From NCBI GenBank assembly GCA_049511995.1, contig JBEKXO010000009.1:2333-66332 (forward strand): a stretch of 64,000 nucleotides of DNA, written 5' to 3'. Source of the stretch: Terriglobales bacterium. Lineage in GTDB: Bacteria; Acidobacteriota; Terriglobia; Terriglobales; Acidobacteriaceae. The notes beneath the pieces were generated by a model, which made no database searches, had not been told where the DNA came from, and worked only from the letters and a program-made list of their open reading frames with translations. How positions within the stretch are numbered: position 1 is the first letter of the stretch; every line of letters starts with the position of its first letter. Below, piece by piece: positions 17,137 through 25,554 of the stretch. Both the position numbers and the translations under genes were made by a program.

Positions 17137-19128
17137 TTGATGTTCGGCCGCGAAGAAAAAGTTTCCGCCCTACGGCTCACCGGCGTGCAGTATGTCGTGC
17201 TGTTTATTTTTTTGCTTCTAGCTTATGGACTGTGGCGTCTGCAGGTGATGCACAGCGATGAGTACGCTTTGCTGGCGGAGAAGAACCGGGTTCGCAATGT
17301 ACCGATTCTGGCGCCGCGTGGAAAGATACTCGACCGCGAAGGGCGCGTAATCGTCGATAACTATCCTTCGTTTTCCGCGCTACTGTTGCGCGACTCCACG
17401 CGCGATCTGAATGCGGACGCGGACGCGATTGCCAAAGGGCTGCACTTGAATCCCGATGAAGTGCGGCTGCGCGTGCGACGCTTCGCTTCGATGCCGCAGT
17501 ACCAGCCGATCATCCTCAAAGAAGACATCACTCCTGATGAACTGGCGTTCATCGAGGCGCACAAGAACGAACTGCCCGAACTTGAAACCATCATGGCGCA
17601 CCGGCGCCTTTATCCGCGCAATGGTTTTATGGCGCACCTGATTGGCTACGTGGGCGAGGTCACCGAAGACATGCTTAACCAGCCGCAGTTCGAACTCTAC
17701 ACGCCGGGCGACGTGGTGGGAGTGAGCGGAGTGGAAAAGCAATACAACAACATTCTGATGGGCAAGAACGGTTCGCGGCGTGCGCTGGTGAATAGCCACG
17801 GAAGGGAAGTGGGTCGGCTCGACGAAACTCCGGCGGAGCCGGGCAAGCAGCTCAAGCTGACAGTGGATCTCGATTTGCAGATTGCGGCCGAACAGGCGCT
17901 CGAGGGCAAGAACGGCGCAGTGGTCGCGATGAATCCGCGCAACGGCGAGATACTGGCGATGGTGAGCCGGCCAACCTTCGATCCCAACGATTTTGCAGTA
18001 AAGATTTCGCGGGACGAGTGGAGCAAGCTGGTCGACGATCCTGATCATCCGCTACTGAACAAGGCCATTCAAGCGCAATTGGCGCCTGGGTCGGTGTTCA
18101 AGATCATCATGGCGACGGCCGGTTTGCAGGAAGGAGTTGCGCAAACATTGCAGGTGAATTGCGCGGGCGGCGCTATTTTCTATGGCCGCTATTTCAAGTG
18201 CTGGGTGCTCTCCGAGCATCGCGTGCACGGGCCAGTCGAGATCAGCAAAGCGATTTATCAGTCTTGCGACGTTTTCTTTTATACGCTGGCCGAGAAGCTG
18301 GGCATCGATCGCATCGCCAAGTACGCGACTGCGTTTGGCCTCGGACAGAAGACGGGCATCGATCTGCCGCAGGAGGTCAGCGGGGTGATGCCTTCGGAAG
18401 AATGGAAGATTCGCAACTTCAAACAGAAGTGGTACGCGGGTGAAACCATTTCGGTTGGCATTGGGCAAGGGGCGGTTGCGACCACTCCGATTCAGTTGGC
18501 GCGGGCCATTGGCGCGATTGCCAATGGAGGAGTATTGCAGCGTCCGCACGTCATCAATCCTACGGACTTGCCGGCAAATGTCGTGCCGACCGGCACTTCG
18601 ACTGGTGAAACTCGTGTGCCTATCGATCCCAAGAATTGGGAGCTGATCACCGACGCGATGGCGAATGTGGTTTCGCCCATCGGAACCGCAAACAGCGCGC
18701 ATCTGCAGGGCATCGATTTCGCCGGCAAGACGGGCAGCGCGCAGACCATCAGCAACATGGCCAAAGCCCGTGTTGCGAACGGGAAGACGAAATTCAAAGA
18801 TAATGGATGGTTCGCTGGAGTCGAACCGCGCCGCGATCCCGAGATCGTTGTCTGCGCACTGCTCGAAGAAGGCGAGCACGGATATCTTGCGGCGCGCGTC
18901 GCTTCGCAGGTGATTAAGGCCTACGTCGAAAAACAGCGGCGCCAGCCGACCAAGGTAGCTGGCTCAAGCAGCGGCAAGGTGGAGATTGGCGCGGTATGGA
19001 CGGATTCTGCCGGTGATAGCGATGGAGGCGAGAGCGCTGACGGAAACCATTTGCACGCGGGACGCTTTCTCGTTGATGTGGCGCATAAGCGAGTGCCGCT
19101 GGCGGCGGCCGCGCCGGGTATACACTGA
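17137..19128 (+). CDS. mrdA: penicillin-binding protein 2 (elongasome transpeptidase)
   Basis: An N-terminal TM and PBP dimerisation region are followed by the transpeptidase motifs SVFK, SCD (the SxN position) and KTGSAQ. Confidence 0.9.
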   Translation: MMFGREEKVSALRLTGVQYVVLFIFLLLAYGLWRLQVMHSDEYALLAEKNRVRNVPILAPRGKILDREGRVIVDNYPSFSALLLRDSTRDLNADADAIAKGLHLNPDEVRLRVRRFASMPQYQPIILKEDITPDELAFIEAHKNELPELETIMAHRRLYPRNGFMAHLIGYVGEVTEDMLNQPQFELYTPGDVVGVSGVEKQYNNILMGKNGSRRALVNSHGREVGRLDETPAEPGKQLKLTVDLDLQIAAEQALEGKNGAVVAMNPRNGEILAMVSRPTFDPNDFAVKISRDEWSKLVDDPDHPLLNKAIQAQLAPGSVFKIIMATAGLQEGVAQTLQVNCAGGAIFYGRYFKCWVLSEHRVHGPVEISKAIYQSCDVFFYTLAEKLGIDRIAKYATAFGLGQKTGIDLPQEVSGVMPSEEWKIRNFKQKWYAGETISVGIGQGAVATTPIQLARAIGAIANGGVLQRPHVINPTDLPANVVPTGTSTGETRVPIDPKNWELITDAMANVVSPIGTANSAHLQGIDFAGKTGSAQTISNMAKARVANGKTKFKDNGWFAGVEPRRDPEIVVCALLEEGEHGYLAARVASQVIKAYVEKQRRQPTKVAGSSSGKVEIGAVWTDSAGDSDGGESADGNHLHAGRFLVDVAHKRVPLAAAAPGIH

Positions 19129-19165
19129 ACATGGCGACTTTGCGAGAGCCTGAATAGGCGAACTT

Positions 19166-19702
19166 GTGGCCTTTATGGCGGACAAGGATCCGTTTTTGCG
19201 GTATGGCGTTACCGCCTTCTATCACTTCACAGATAGGCGAAACCTGCCGGCGATTCAGGAGCACGGAGGACTTTATTCGCTTGCGAAACTCCGGGAGAGA
19301 AAGATCGACGTACCAGCGCCGGGAGGCAACGATTGGAGTCATCAAGCGGACGAGCGAGTGGGTCTCGATAGGTACGTGCATCTGTGTTTTCGCGCAAACC
19401 ACCCTATGCTTTTTCGGGCCATGCAGGACGCTAGGATTGCCGTGCCGATTTATCTTGAAATTCATCCCGACGTGATCAGGGTGGATGGGGTGATGTATAC
19501 GGACGACGTATCGAACAAAGCAGGCGTTGAAATTCGCACTCTAGATCGAGCGCGACAAACGGTGGACTTCGAGGTGTTATACACCCGGACGAACTGGAAA
19601 GACCCGGAGATCCAACGACGGTTGCAGCAGGTCGAAAAGTGCGAACTGCTGATCCCAGATCACATCCCCTTGGATCTAATAAGGAATTTTCCTCATGGCT
19701 GA
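19166..19702 (+). CDS. DarT-like (DUF4433-type) ADP-ribosyltransferase, putative toxin
   Basis: Motifs resemble my recollection of Thermus DarT. FYHFTDRRNLPAIQEHGGL compares with YHITHIDNL..IL..G.L. RYVHLCFRANHPML compares with DYVPFYF..RSPML. VMYTDD compares with FVFTD. EKCELLIPDHIP compares with the catalytic QAEFLV. The start is GTG 19166 or ATG 19175. Confidence 0.65.
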   Translation: MAFMADKDPFLRYGVTAFYHFTDRRNLPAIQEHGGLYSLAKLRERKIDVPAPGGNDWSHQADERVGLDRYVHLCFRANHPMLFRAMQDARIAVPIYLEIHPDVIRVDGVMYTDDVSNKAGVEIRTLDRARQTVDFEVLYTRTNWKDPEIQRRLQQVEKCELLIPDHIPLDLIRNFPHG

Positions 19703-20402
19703 AAGACCAATCTTCATCCCGGCACCCGATTCGTCTGAATTGGTTAAAGAGTTATCGATGCGGCTTGTTTGGAGTTCTGGTTTTGCACCGATTCAGAAAA
19801 AAAAGAATGTCGTTGCACTTCACGCCGCAGCTGCAAAGGCGGGATACGCCCCGCTTTTAGAAGTCTCAACCAAATCGGAAGAAAAAATTGGGCAGCGCCT
19901 GAGCGCCTTCAGCTTAAGAGTGCACAGCGACCGATTTGGGAAAATAGCTCTTGAGGCGGCTTTCCAAGGCAGCAAGGTATTCGAGCATGGCGGTCCGTAC
20001 ACGGATCTTTACACCGTTGAGGACGTCAGGGATGCCAAGCGGGACCCACGTCTAAAGGAGTCTGGCGCTCTCAGGGGATTCGAGTTCGAGAATCTGCGAT
20101 TCCCGCTTGAGCCGAAGACCGCGTTCTACGACTGGCTGTACATTGGCGCATTGTATGAGCACCGCGAATGGCTTAGAACTCATATTTTCCACTATGCGGG
20201 ATTCACCGATATCGAATTTAACCCAGAGAAGTCGATCAATTGCCAGGCCCGTTCGTGCGCATTGCTGGTGACGCTGATGAAGAAACAATGGCTTGATGAG
20301 GCTGTCGGTTCGCCAGAGGCTTTCATCGAATTGCTATCGAGGCGGGACTATCGGCCGAGTCACACTTACGCATCGCCCCAGACAGCGATGTTTCGATCCT
20401 GA
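19695..20402 (+). CDS. unknown 235-aa partner of the DarT-like gene (candidate antitoxin or reversal enzyme)
   Basis: ATG 19695 overlaps the upstream stop by 8 nt (ATGGCTGA). AAGGAA lies 8 nt upstream. I can see no macrodomain, NADAR or ARH motif. Notable strings are GFAPIQKKKNVVALHAAA, STKSEEKIGQRLSAF, FYDWLYIGALYEH and FTDIEFNPEKSINCQA. Confidence 0.7.
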   Translation: MAERPIFIPAPDSSELVKELSMRLVWSSGFAPIQKKKNVVALHAAAAKAGYAPLLEVSTKSEEKIGQRLSAFSLRVHSDRFGKIALEAAFQGSKVFEHGGPYTDLYTVEDVRDAKRDPRLKESGALRGFEFENLRFPLEPKTAFYDWLYIGALYEHREWLRTHIFHYAGFTDIEFNPEKSINCQARSCALLVTLMKKQWLDEAVGSPEAFIELLSRRDYRPSHTYASPQTAMFRS

Positions 20403-20440
20403 GCATTCTGGTCCGCTCGAATGATACGTTTAGATCAGTA

Positions 20441-21907
20441 ATGAAGGCCGCTGCCAAACTGGCTCTGGACGGTGCTATTGGGCGCGGGGCAACTTATGCC
20501 GACGCGCGAATAGTTGCGATCCGCAACCGCTCGCTGACCACTAAGAATGGGCGCGTGGGCCATGCCTCGGAGTCGGAGTCGCTCGGGGTCGGCCTGCGCG
20601 TGATCGCCGATGGGGCTTGGGGATTTGCGGCCTCGGCTGACTTGAGCCGCGCCTCGGTGGAGGCAGCGGCGGCGCGGGCGGTGGAGATTGCACGCGCTTC
20701 GGCGCGGGTGAAGCGCGAGAATGTTCGGCTGGCTCCCGAACCGGCGGCGGTGGCGGAGTGGACTACGCCTTATAAGATCGATCCGTTTACTACTTCGGTC
20801 GAGCAGAATCTCGATCTGCTGCTGAAAGTCGATGAGGAGATGCGCGCAGTCGCCGGCGTCACGCTGGCTGAAACGGGCATGAACTTTCAGCGCGAAGAGT
20901 CATGGTTTCTTTCGTCTGAAGGCGCGGACATTCATCAGACAAAATATTCGACGGGCGCGGGCTATACGGCGTATGCGTTTGCCGGGTCCGAGATACAGAA
21001 GCGGTCATATCCGAATTCGTTTGGCGGGCAATGGCAGAATCGCGGCTACGAATTGATCGAAGAGATGCGGTTGCTCGAGAACGCTCGCCGCGTCGGGGAA
21101 GAAGCGGTTGCGCTGCATCATGCGGAGCAATGTCCGGAAGGTACGGCGACAATCATTCTGGATGGATCGCAACTGGGATTGCAGATTCATGAATCGATAG
21201 GGCATCCGATTGAGCTTGATCGCGTGCTGGGGATGGAAGCAAATTTTGCCGGGACGTCGTTTCTTACGCTCGAAAAGCTGGGCCATCTGCGCTATGGAAG
21301 CGAACTGGTGAATGTCGTGGCCGACGCGCGGCAGGAACATGGGCCGGGGCTGGGGACGTTCGCTTATGACGACGAGGGAGTGGCGGCGCAGTCGACTCCG
21401 ATTATTACGAATGGACGCTTCAGCGGATATCTGAGTTCGCGCGAGACGGCGCACACGATTGGCGCCATGCGCTCTGGCGGAACGCTGCGCGCGGAGGGAT
21501 GGAATCGGCTGCCCATGATTCGCATGACCAACGTCAGCATTTTGCCGGGGGAAAAGCGGCTGAGTTTCGAACAGATGATTGCTTCGACCGACGATGGCAT
21601 TTATATGGAGACCAACAAGTCATGGTCGATTGATGACAAGCGCTACAACTTTCAGTTTGGCTGCGAGATCGCTTGGGAGATCAAGCACGGCAAGCGCGTG
21701 CGTATGCTGAAGAATCCTTCGTACTCCGGCATTACGACGGAATTTTGGAATTCTATGGACGCAATCTGCTCGCGCGAGGAGTGGACGCTCTGGGGCACGC
21801 CGAATTGCGGCAAGGGGCAGCCGCAGCAGGTTGTGGGCACGGGGCACGGCGCTAGCCCGGCGCGCTTTCGGAATATTCGCGTCGGGTCGGCGTACAAGGG
21901 AAGCTAG
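20441..21907 (+). CDS. tldD: TldD-family metalloprotease
   Basis: It carries the HExxxH-like TldD signature (LQIHESIGHPIELD) and a C-terminal GxC...G pattern. It is paired with pmbA downstream. Confidence 0.88.
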   Translation: MKAAAKLALDGAIGRGATYADARIVAIRNRSLTTKNGRVGHASESESLGVGLRVIADGAWGFAASADLSRASVEAAAARAVEIARASARVKRENVRLAPEPAAVAEWTTPYKIDPFTTSVEQNLDLLLKVDEEMRAVAGVTLAETGMNFQREESWFLSSEGADIHQTKYSTGAGYTAYAFAGSEIQKRSYPNSFGGQWQNRGYELIEEMRLLENARRVGEEAVALHHAEQCPEGTATIILDGSQLGLQIHESIGHPIELDRVLGMEANFAGTSFLTLEKLGHLRYGSELVNVVADARQEHGPGLGTFAYDDEGVAAQSTPIITNGRFSGYLSSRETAHTIGAMRSGGTLRAEGWNRLPMIRMTNVSILPGEKRLSFEQMIASTDDGIYMETNKSWSIDDKRYNFQFGCEIAWEIKHGKRVRMLKNPSYSGITTEFWNSMDAICSREEWTLWGTPNCGKGQPQQVVGTGHGASPARFRNIRVGSAYKGS

Positions 21908-21950
21908 TTCAGAAGATGTTCACCGCCGAGACGCCGAGGAAAACAAAAAA

Positions 21951-23369
21951 ATGCTTGCGCAGGAAAAAGCCGCCGACATTTTTCACCGGATTCGCCGGCT
22001 TTCGTCCGCCGACGAGGTCGAAGCTATTTTCACCGGCTCCCGCTTTGCATTGACTCGTTTTGCCAATAACACCATTCATCAGAATGTTGAGGAAGAGAAT
22101 TCGGTGGTTTCGATCCGCACGAATTTTGGAGGGCGGACGGCGCGGTCGACGGCGAATCAGTTTGACGATGAGAGTTTGCGGCGGGCAGTAGCGGCTTCGG
22201 AGAGCCTGGCTCGCGTGCAGGAGCCCGATCCTGATTTGCTGCCCATGCCTACTCGCGAAGAAGCGGATTTTTGCGATCCGGTCGAAAAAGCAGCGGACAG
22301 GAGTGTCCGCTCCACACTTGCTTCGCGATTTTTTGAGGAGACTGCGGCCGTTACTCCGGCGGACCGGGCCGAGGTGGTGCAGGGTATCGTGGCCGTTGCT
22401 GACCGGCATGATTCAACTACCGCAGGCATTTATTCGACTTCAGAGTCGCGCGAAGGAATCTTCAACTCGCGCGGTCTGGCGCGCTGGCATCCGCAGACGC
22501 TGGCGGAGATTTCTGTCACCATGCTGGCCAGCGATTCGTCAGGCTGGCAAAAATTAAATTCTCCCGATGTGCGGACTCTCGACGGGGTGCGATTGGCAGA
22601 GACAGCGGCACAAAAGGCAGTGGATTCGGCGCATCCGCGGGAGATTGCGCCGGGGAAGTACACGGTCATTCTCGAACCGGCCGCGGTTCTCGATATTGTG
22701 GGATTTATGTTTTGGGATTACAGCGGCGTGGCGATTCTGGATCAACGTTCATTTTTGAATGACCGGATCGGGACGCAATTGTTTGGCGAAAACATCGATA
22801 TCTGTGACGACGTCGAGCATCCCTTGCAGGCGGGTTCTCGGTTCGATGGCGAAGGCATGCGGCGGCAACGGGTGCCGCTGGTTGAGAACGGAGTGGTGAA
22901 GCGCGTGGTCTATGCGCGCGCCACCGCGAAGAAGATGAAAAAATCGGAGTATGCCGGGAAGGTGGGACCGATCGAAGTCACCGGCCATGGATTTCCTCTG
23001 CCGAATGAAATGGGCGAGATGCCGATGAATATTGTCTTCGGTGCGGCGGAAAAGCCGCAGACCGTTGATCAAATGATCGCCTCCACCGAGCGCGGCGTGC
23101 TGATCACGCGGCTGTGGTACATACGCGAGGTCGATCCTTACGAGAAGATCGTGACTGGGATGACACGCGACGGAACGTTTCTGGTGGAGAATGGCAAGGT
23201 GCAGTGCGGCTTGCGAAACTTCCGCTTCAACGAAAGCCTGATTGCGATGCTGTCGAAGGTCGAAGCGATGAGTGTTCCGGTGCGCGCGTGTGGAGAGGAA
23301 TCGTTCGACATGGTGGTTCCTGGGATGAAGGTGCGGGAGTTCAATTTTACTGAGGGAACGAAGTTTTGA
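21951..23369 (+). CDS. pmbA: PmbA/TldE-family protein
   Basis: Family-typical length and C-terminal region (GVLITRLWYIREVDPY..., TRDGTFLVENGKV). I chose ATG 21951 instead of the track start 21831, which overlaps tldD by 77 nt. Confidence 0.85.
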   Translation: MLAQEKAADIFHRIRRLSSADEVEAIFTGSRFALTRFANNTIHQNVEEENSVVSIRTNFGGRTARSTANQFDDESLRRAVAASESLARVQEPDPDLLPMPTREEADFCDPVEKAADRSVRSTLASRFFEETAAVTPADRAEVVQGIVAVADRHDSTTAGIYSTSESREGIFNSRGLARWHPQTLAEISVTMLASDSSGWQKLNSPDVRTLDGVRLAETAAQKAVDSAHPREIAPGKYTVILEPAAVLDIVGFMFWDYSGVAILDQRSFLNDRIGTQLFGENIDICDDVEHPLQAGSRFDGEGMRRQRVPLVENGVVKRVVYARATAKKMKKSEYAGKVGPIEVTGHGFPLPNEMGEMPMNIVFGAAEKPQTVDQMIASTERGVLITRLWYIREVDPYEKIVTGMTRDGTFLVENGKVQCGLRNFRFNESLIAMLSKVEAMSVPVRACGEESFDMVVPGMKVREFNFTEGTKF

Positions 23370-23440
23370 GCATTCAGCGCTCAGCGGTCAGCATTCAGCA
23401 CTCAGCGATCAGTAATCAGCAATCAGTGATCAGTAATCCG
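23369..23440 (+). repeat. heptamer tandem array (NNTCAGC x10)
   Basis: ATTCAGC GCTCAGC GGTCAGC ATTCAGC ACTCAGC GATCAGT AATCAGC AATCAGT GATCAGT follows directly after the pmbA stop. Confidence 0.85.
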
Positions 23441-23450
23441 TATTACGTAT

Positions 23451-23819
23451 TCAGTTCCCCTGCCGATCGGATTCCACCTTTTTGATTAGGCCTGCCAACA
23501 TTTTCTTGACCTCAATCGTGGAGCTATCCAGTTTCCTGTATTCTTCGTCGCTGAGAAAGCCAAGATCTTTGGCGAAAGGAAATGGTATTCGAGTTCGCTC
23601 GCCGATCCGGCGGCAATATGTAAAAATCGTTGGAGTTCGGCATTGCTACGTTTCCCGCAGCCCTCTGCGATATTGGCGGCGATTCGATGCCGAACACCTG
23701 CGGATCTGACTCGTGAGACCGTAGACTTCCTGTTTAGGAAATTCCGCGGTGTCGCGATAGCTGGCCAGGGTGAGTGCGTGTGCCTTCTCCCAAAGCGTTA
23801 GGTCACGAAAACTCTTCAT
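23451..23819 (-). pseudogene. four-helix-bundle protein (23S rRNA intervening-sequence protein family) disrupted by two compensating frameshifts
   Basis: Frame A reads MKSFRDLTLWEKAHALTLASYRDTAEFPKQEVYGLTSQIRRCSAS and then hits TAG at 23648-23646. The family core IAANIAEGCGKRSNAELQRFLHIAAGSASELEYHFL lies in the +1 frame (23683-23576). The C-terminus AKDLGFLSDEEYRKLDSSTIEVKKMLAGLIKKVESDRQGN* is back in frame A. Confidence 0.8.
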
Positions 23820-23857
23820 GTCGATCTCCAATGGACTGCGACGAGAACCCGACGTGG

Positions 23858-23890
23858 CTGAATGCTGAGTGCTGACAGCTGAATGCTAGC
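23858..23890 (-). repeat. heptamer array in inverted orientation (GCTGANN)
   Basis: GCTGAAT GCTGAGT GCTGACA GCTGAAT GCT is the reverse-complement type of the array at 23369-23440. Confidence 0.8.
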
Positions 23891-24094
23891 CGCTAGGAGC
23901 TCCGCTTGGTGTGATGGCCCTCACAGTGGCCCGCTACGCCCCTAAGTCCCTGTACTACCGGCACTTCGCCGCCTTTGTTCCATGACTTCCGTAACTTTGC
24001 GTCGCTGGTGCGGGGGTGTAATCTCGCTCTGAAATGTGCACATACTCAAGGGGAGTTGTGCAGGGCAGAAACCGGAAGGAAGGTCATCCGAAAC

Positions 24095-24481
24095 GTGTCT
24101 GAATCCGCCAAGGGAACCGTTACTGAGGTCGGCAAGAATCGAAAAGGTTATGCGGACGTGCAAGGCGCGCCTCGCTTTCCCATCAAACTGCCGGTGGCAT
24201 TGAAGTCGGCAAACAATCAGGCTGGGGTGCCGGGCCAGGGAATGGCGGGAGAGACGGTGGAGACGGAGAACATTTCCGCCAACGGAGTGCTGTTCCGTAT
24301 GGACGCCGATGTACCTGTTGGTTCGCCTGTGGATTTTACGATTTCACTTCCGGCTGATGTTGTGGGCGCGGAAGCCGATGTACAAGTGGACTGTCGCGGG
24401 CGAGTGGTGCGCAGTTTTGACGACGGTGGGCGGCGGGGCGTTGGCGTGGTCATCGACGAATACCGTTTTGAGCGCAGGTAG
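24095..24481 (+). CDS. PilZ-like domain protein
   Basis: This is ORF 23975..24481. The likely start is GTG 24095, about 12 nt after GGAAGGAAGG. The motifs are PRFPIK...ENISANGVLF (the D/NxSxxG half is clear, the RxxxR half is degenerate). Confidence 0.5.
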   Translation: MSESAKGTVTEVGKNRKGYADVQGAPRFPIKLPVALKSANNQAGVPGQGMAGETVETENISANGVLFRMDADVPVGSPVDFTISLPADVVGAEADVQVDCRGRVVRSFDDGGRRGVGVVIDEYRFERR

Positions 24482-24578
24482 TTGGACCCTGTAGTTGTTC
24501 AAGAGGTGTGGCTCGCTGCGGCCTCGGTTTGGCGTGGCAGGCAGCAGGACGCGACGGTAGGGCGCGAAAAGAGGACGG

Positions 24579-25421
24579 ATGGGTAGCAGTTCGGTCAACA
24601 CGACGGCCAACACCTCGACCAGCACTTCGGTCGCTATTGAGCCAGGCGAAGGCCTGCTGCTTGATGACGGCAAGGGTACGATCCGCGTGATTGTAGCGGA
24701 TACACAGGCCATCTTTCGCGCCGGACTGCGCAAGATTTTTGCGCTCGAGGACGACATACGCGTGGTCGGACAGGCCGAGAGCCTCGATCAGTCGGTCGCA
24801 GCCATCCAAACATTTTCCGCCGACATTGTGATTTTCGAGGCGGCTCTTACGCCGAATCCAGCCGATGCGGTTTCTGATCTTCTGCGTCAGAGTGCGGGGT
24901 GTCGCGTTGTGGTCGTGTTGCAGGAACCAGACCAGGAGATGACGCTCGACTTATTCCGGCGGGGCGCACATGGAATCGTGTCACGCGAAATTGAGCCGGA
25001 GGTGTTGGTCGATTGCCTGCGAAAGGTCGCCCAAGGCGAACCCTGGCTCGAGAGCCGGGCCGTGAGTTGGGTGATGCAGGCGTATCGTACACAGGGCTTG
25101 CGTCCGTCGGGGTCGCGTCCCAAAGTTTCGCTCACTCCCAAAGAGTCGCTCATCGTTTCCTGCGTCACGCAGGGGATGAAAAACAAAGAGATTGCTCTGC
25201 GCGTGGGCACCACCGAACAGGTGGTCAAGAATTATCTCCGTAAGGTGTATGACAAGCTGGGCGTCGCAGACCGTCTGGAGTTGGCGCTCTATTGTTTGAA
25301 TCACCGTGTAGTCGAGGGGATGGCCCAGGCGAAGCCTGGCCAACCGAGCAATGGTCACGCTACCGCCGCGCCCGAAACGCCTGCCGCTGCCGCCGCTGCT
25401 GCGTCCGGATCCCGTTCCTAA
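24579..25421 (+). CDS. LuxR-family regulator with a degenerate receiver (Glu at the phospho-acceptor position) and an Ala-rich tail
   Basis: The HTH is TPKESLIVSCVTQGMKNKEIALRVGTTEQVVKNYLRKVYDKLGV. The receiver-like segment reads IRVIVADTQ...ADIVIFEAAL. Confidence 0.8.
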   Translation: MGSSSVNTTANTSTSTSVAIEPGEGLLLDDGKGTIRVIVADTQAIFRAGLRKIFALEDDIRVVGQAESLDQSVAAIQTFSADIVIFEAALTPNPADAVSDLLRQSAGCRVVVVLQEPDQEMTLDLFRRGAHGIVSREIEPEVLVDCLRKVAQGEPWLESRAVSWVMQAYRTQGLRPSGSRPKVSLTPKESLIVSCVTQGMKNKEIALRVGTTEQVVKNYLRKVYDKLGVADRLELALYCLNHRVVEGMAQAKPGQPSNGHATAAPETPAAAAAAASGSRS

Positions 25422-25554
25422 GAATTTCCTCTTAAATGTCTCCACGCACGGCCCATGACAGGATGCGAGTGGCAATTTGTCATTCATTGGCGCAGAATGA
25501 GTGGGTCGTCGAGTCGTCTGGGGCCCATTTTGAGATCAAAAGAGGAGCGTTCCA

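Noticed and set aside
17380-18879. Two long minus-strand ORFs (222 and 275 aa)
   Set aside because: Both lie inside mrdA, whose SVFK and KTGS motifs establish the plus-strand frame.
21831-21950. Upstream start for pmbA that overlaps tldD by 77 nt
   Set aside because: The extension reads as a frame-shifted shadow of the tldD 3' end. ATG 21951 gives a PmbA-typical N-terminus.
23482-23709. 75-aa plus-strand ORF
   Set aside because: It is antisense to the four-helix-bundle pseudogene, whose three segments give a clear family match on the minus strand.
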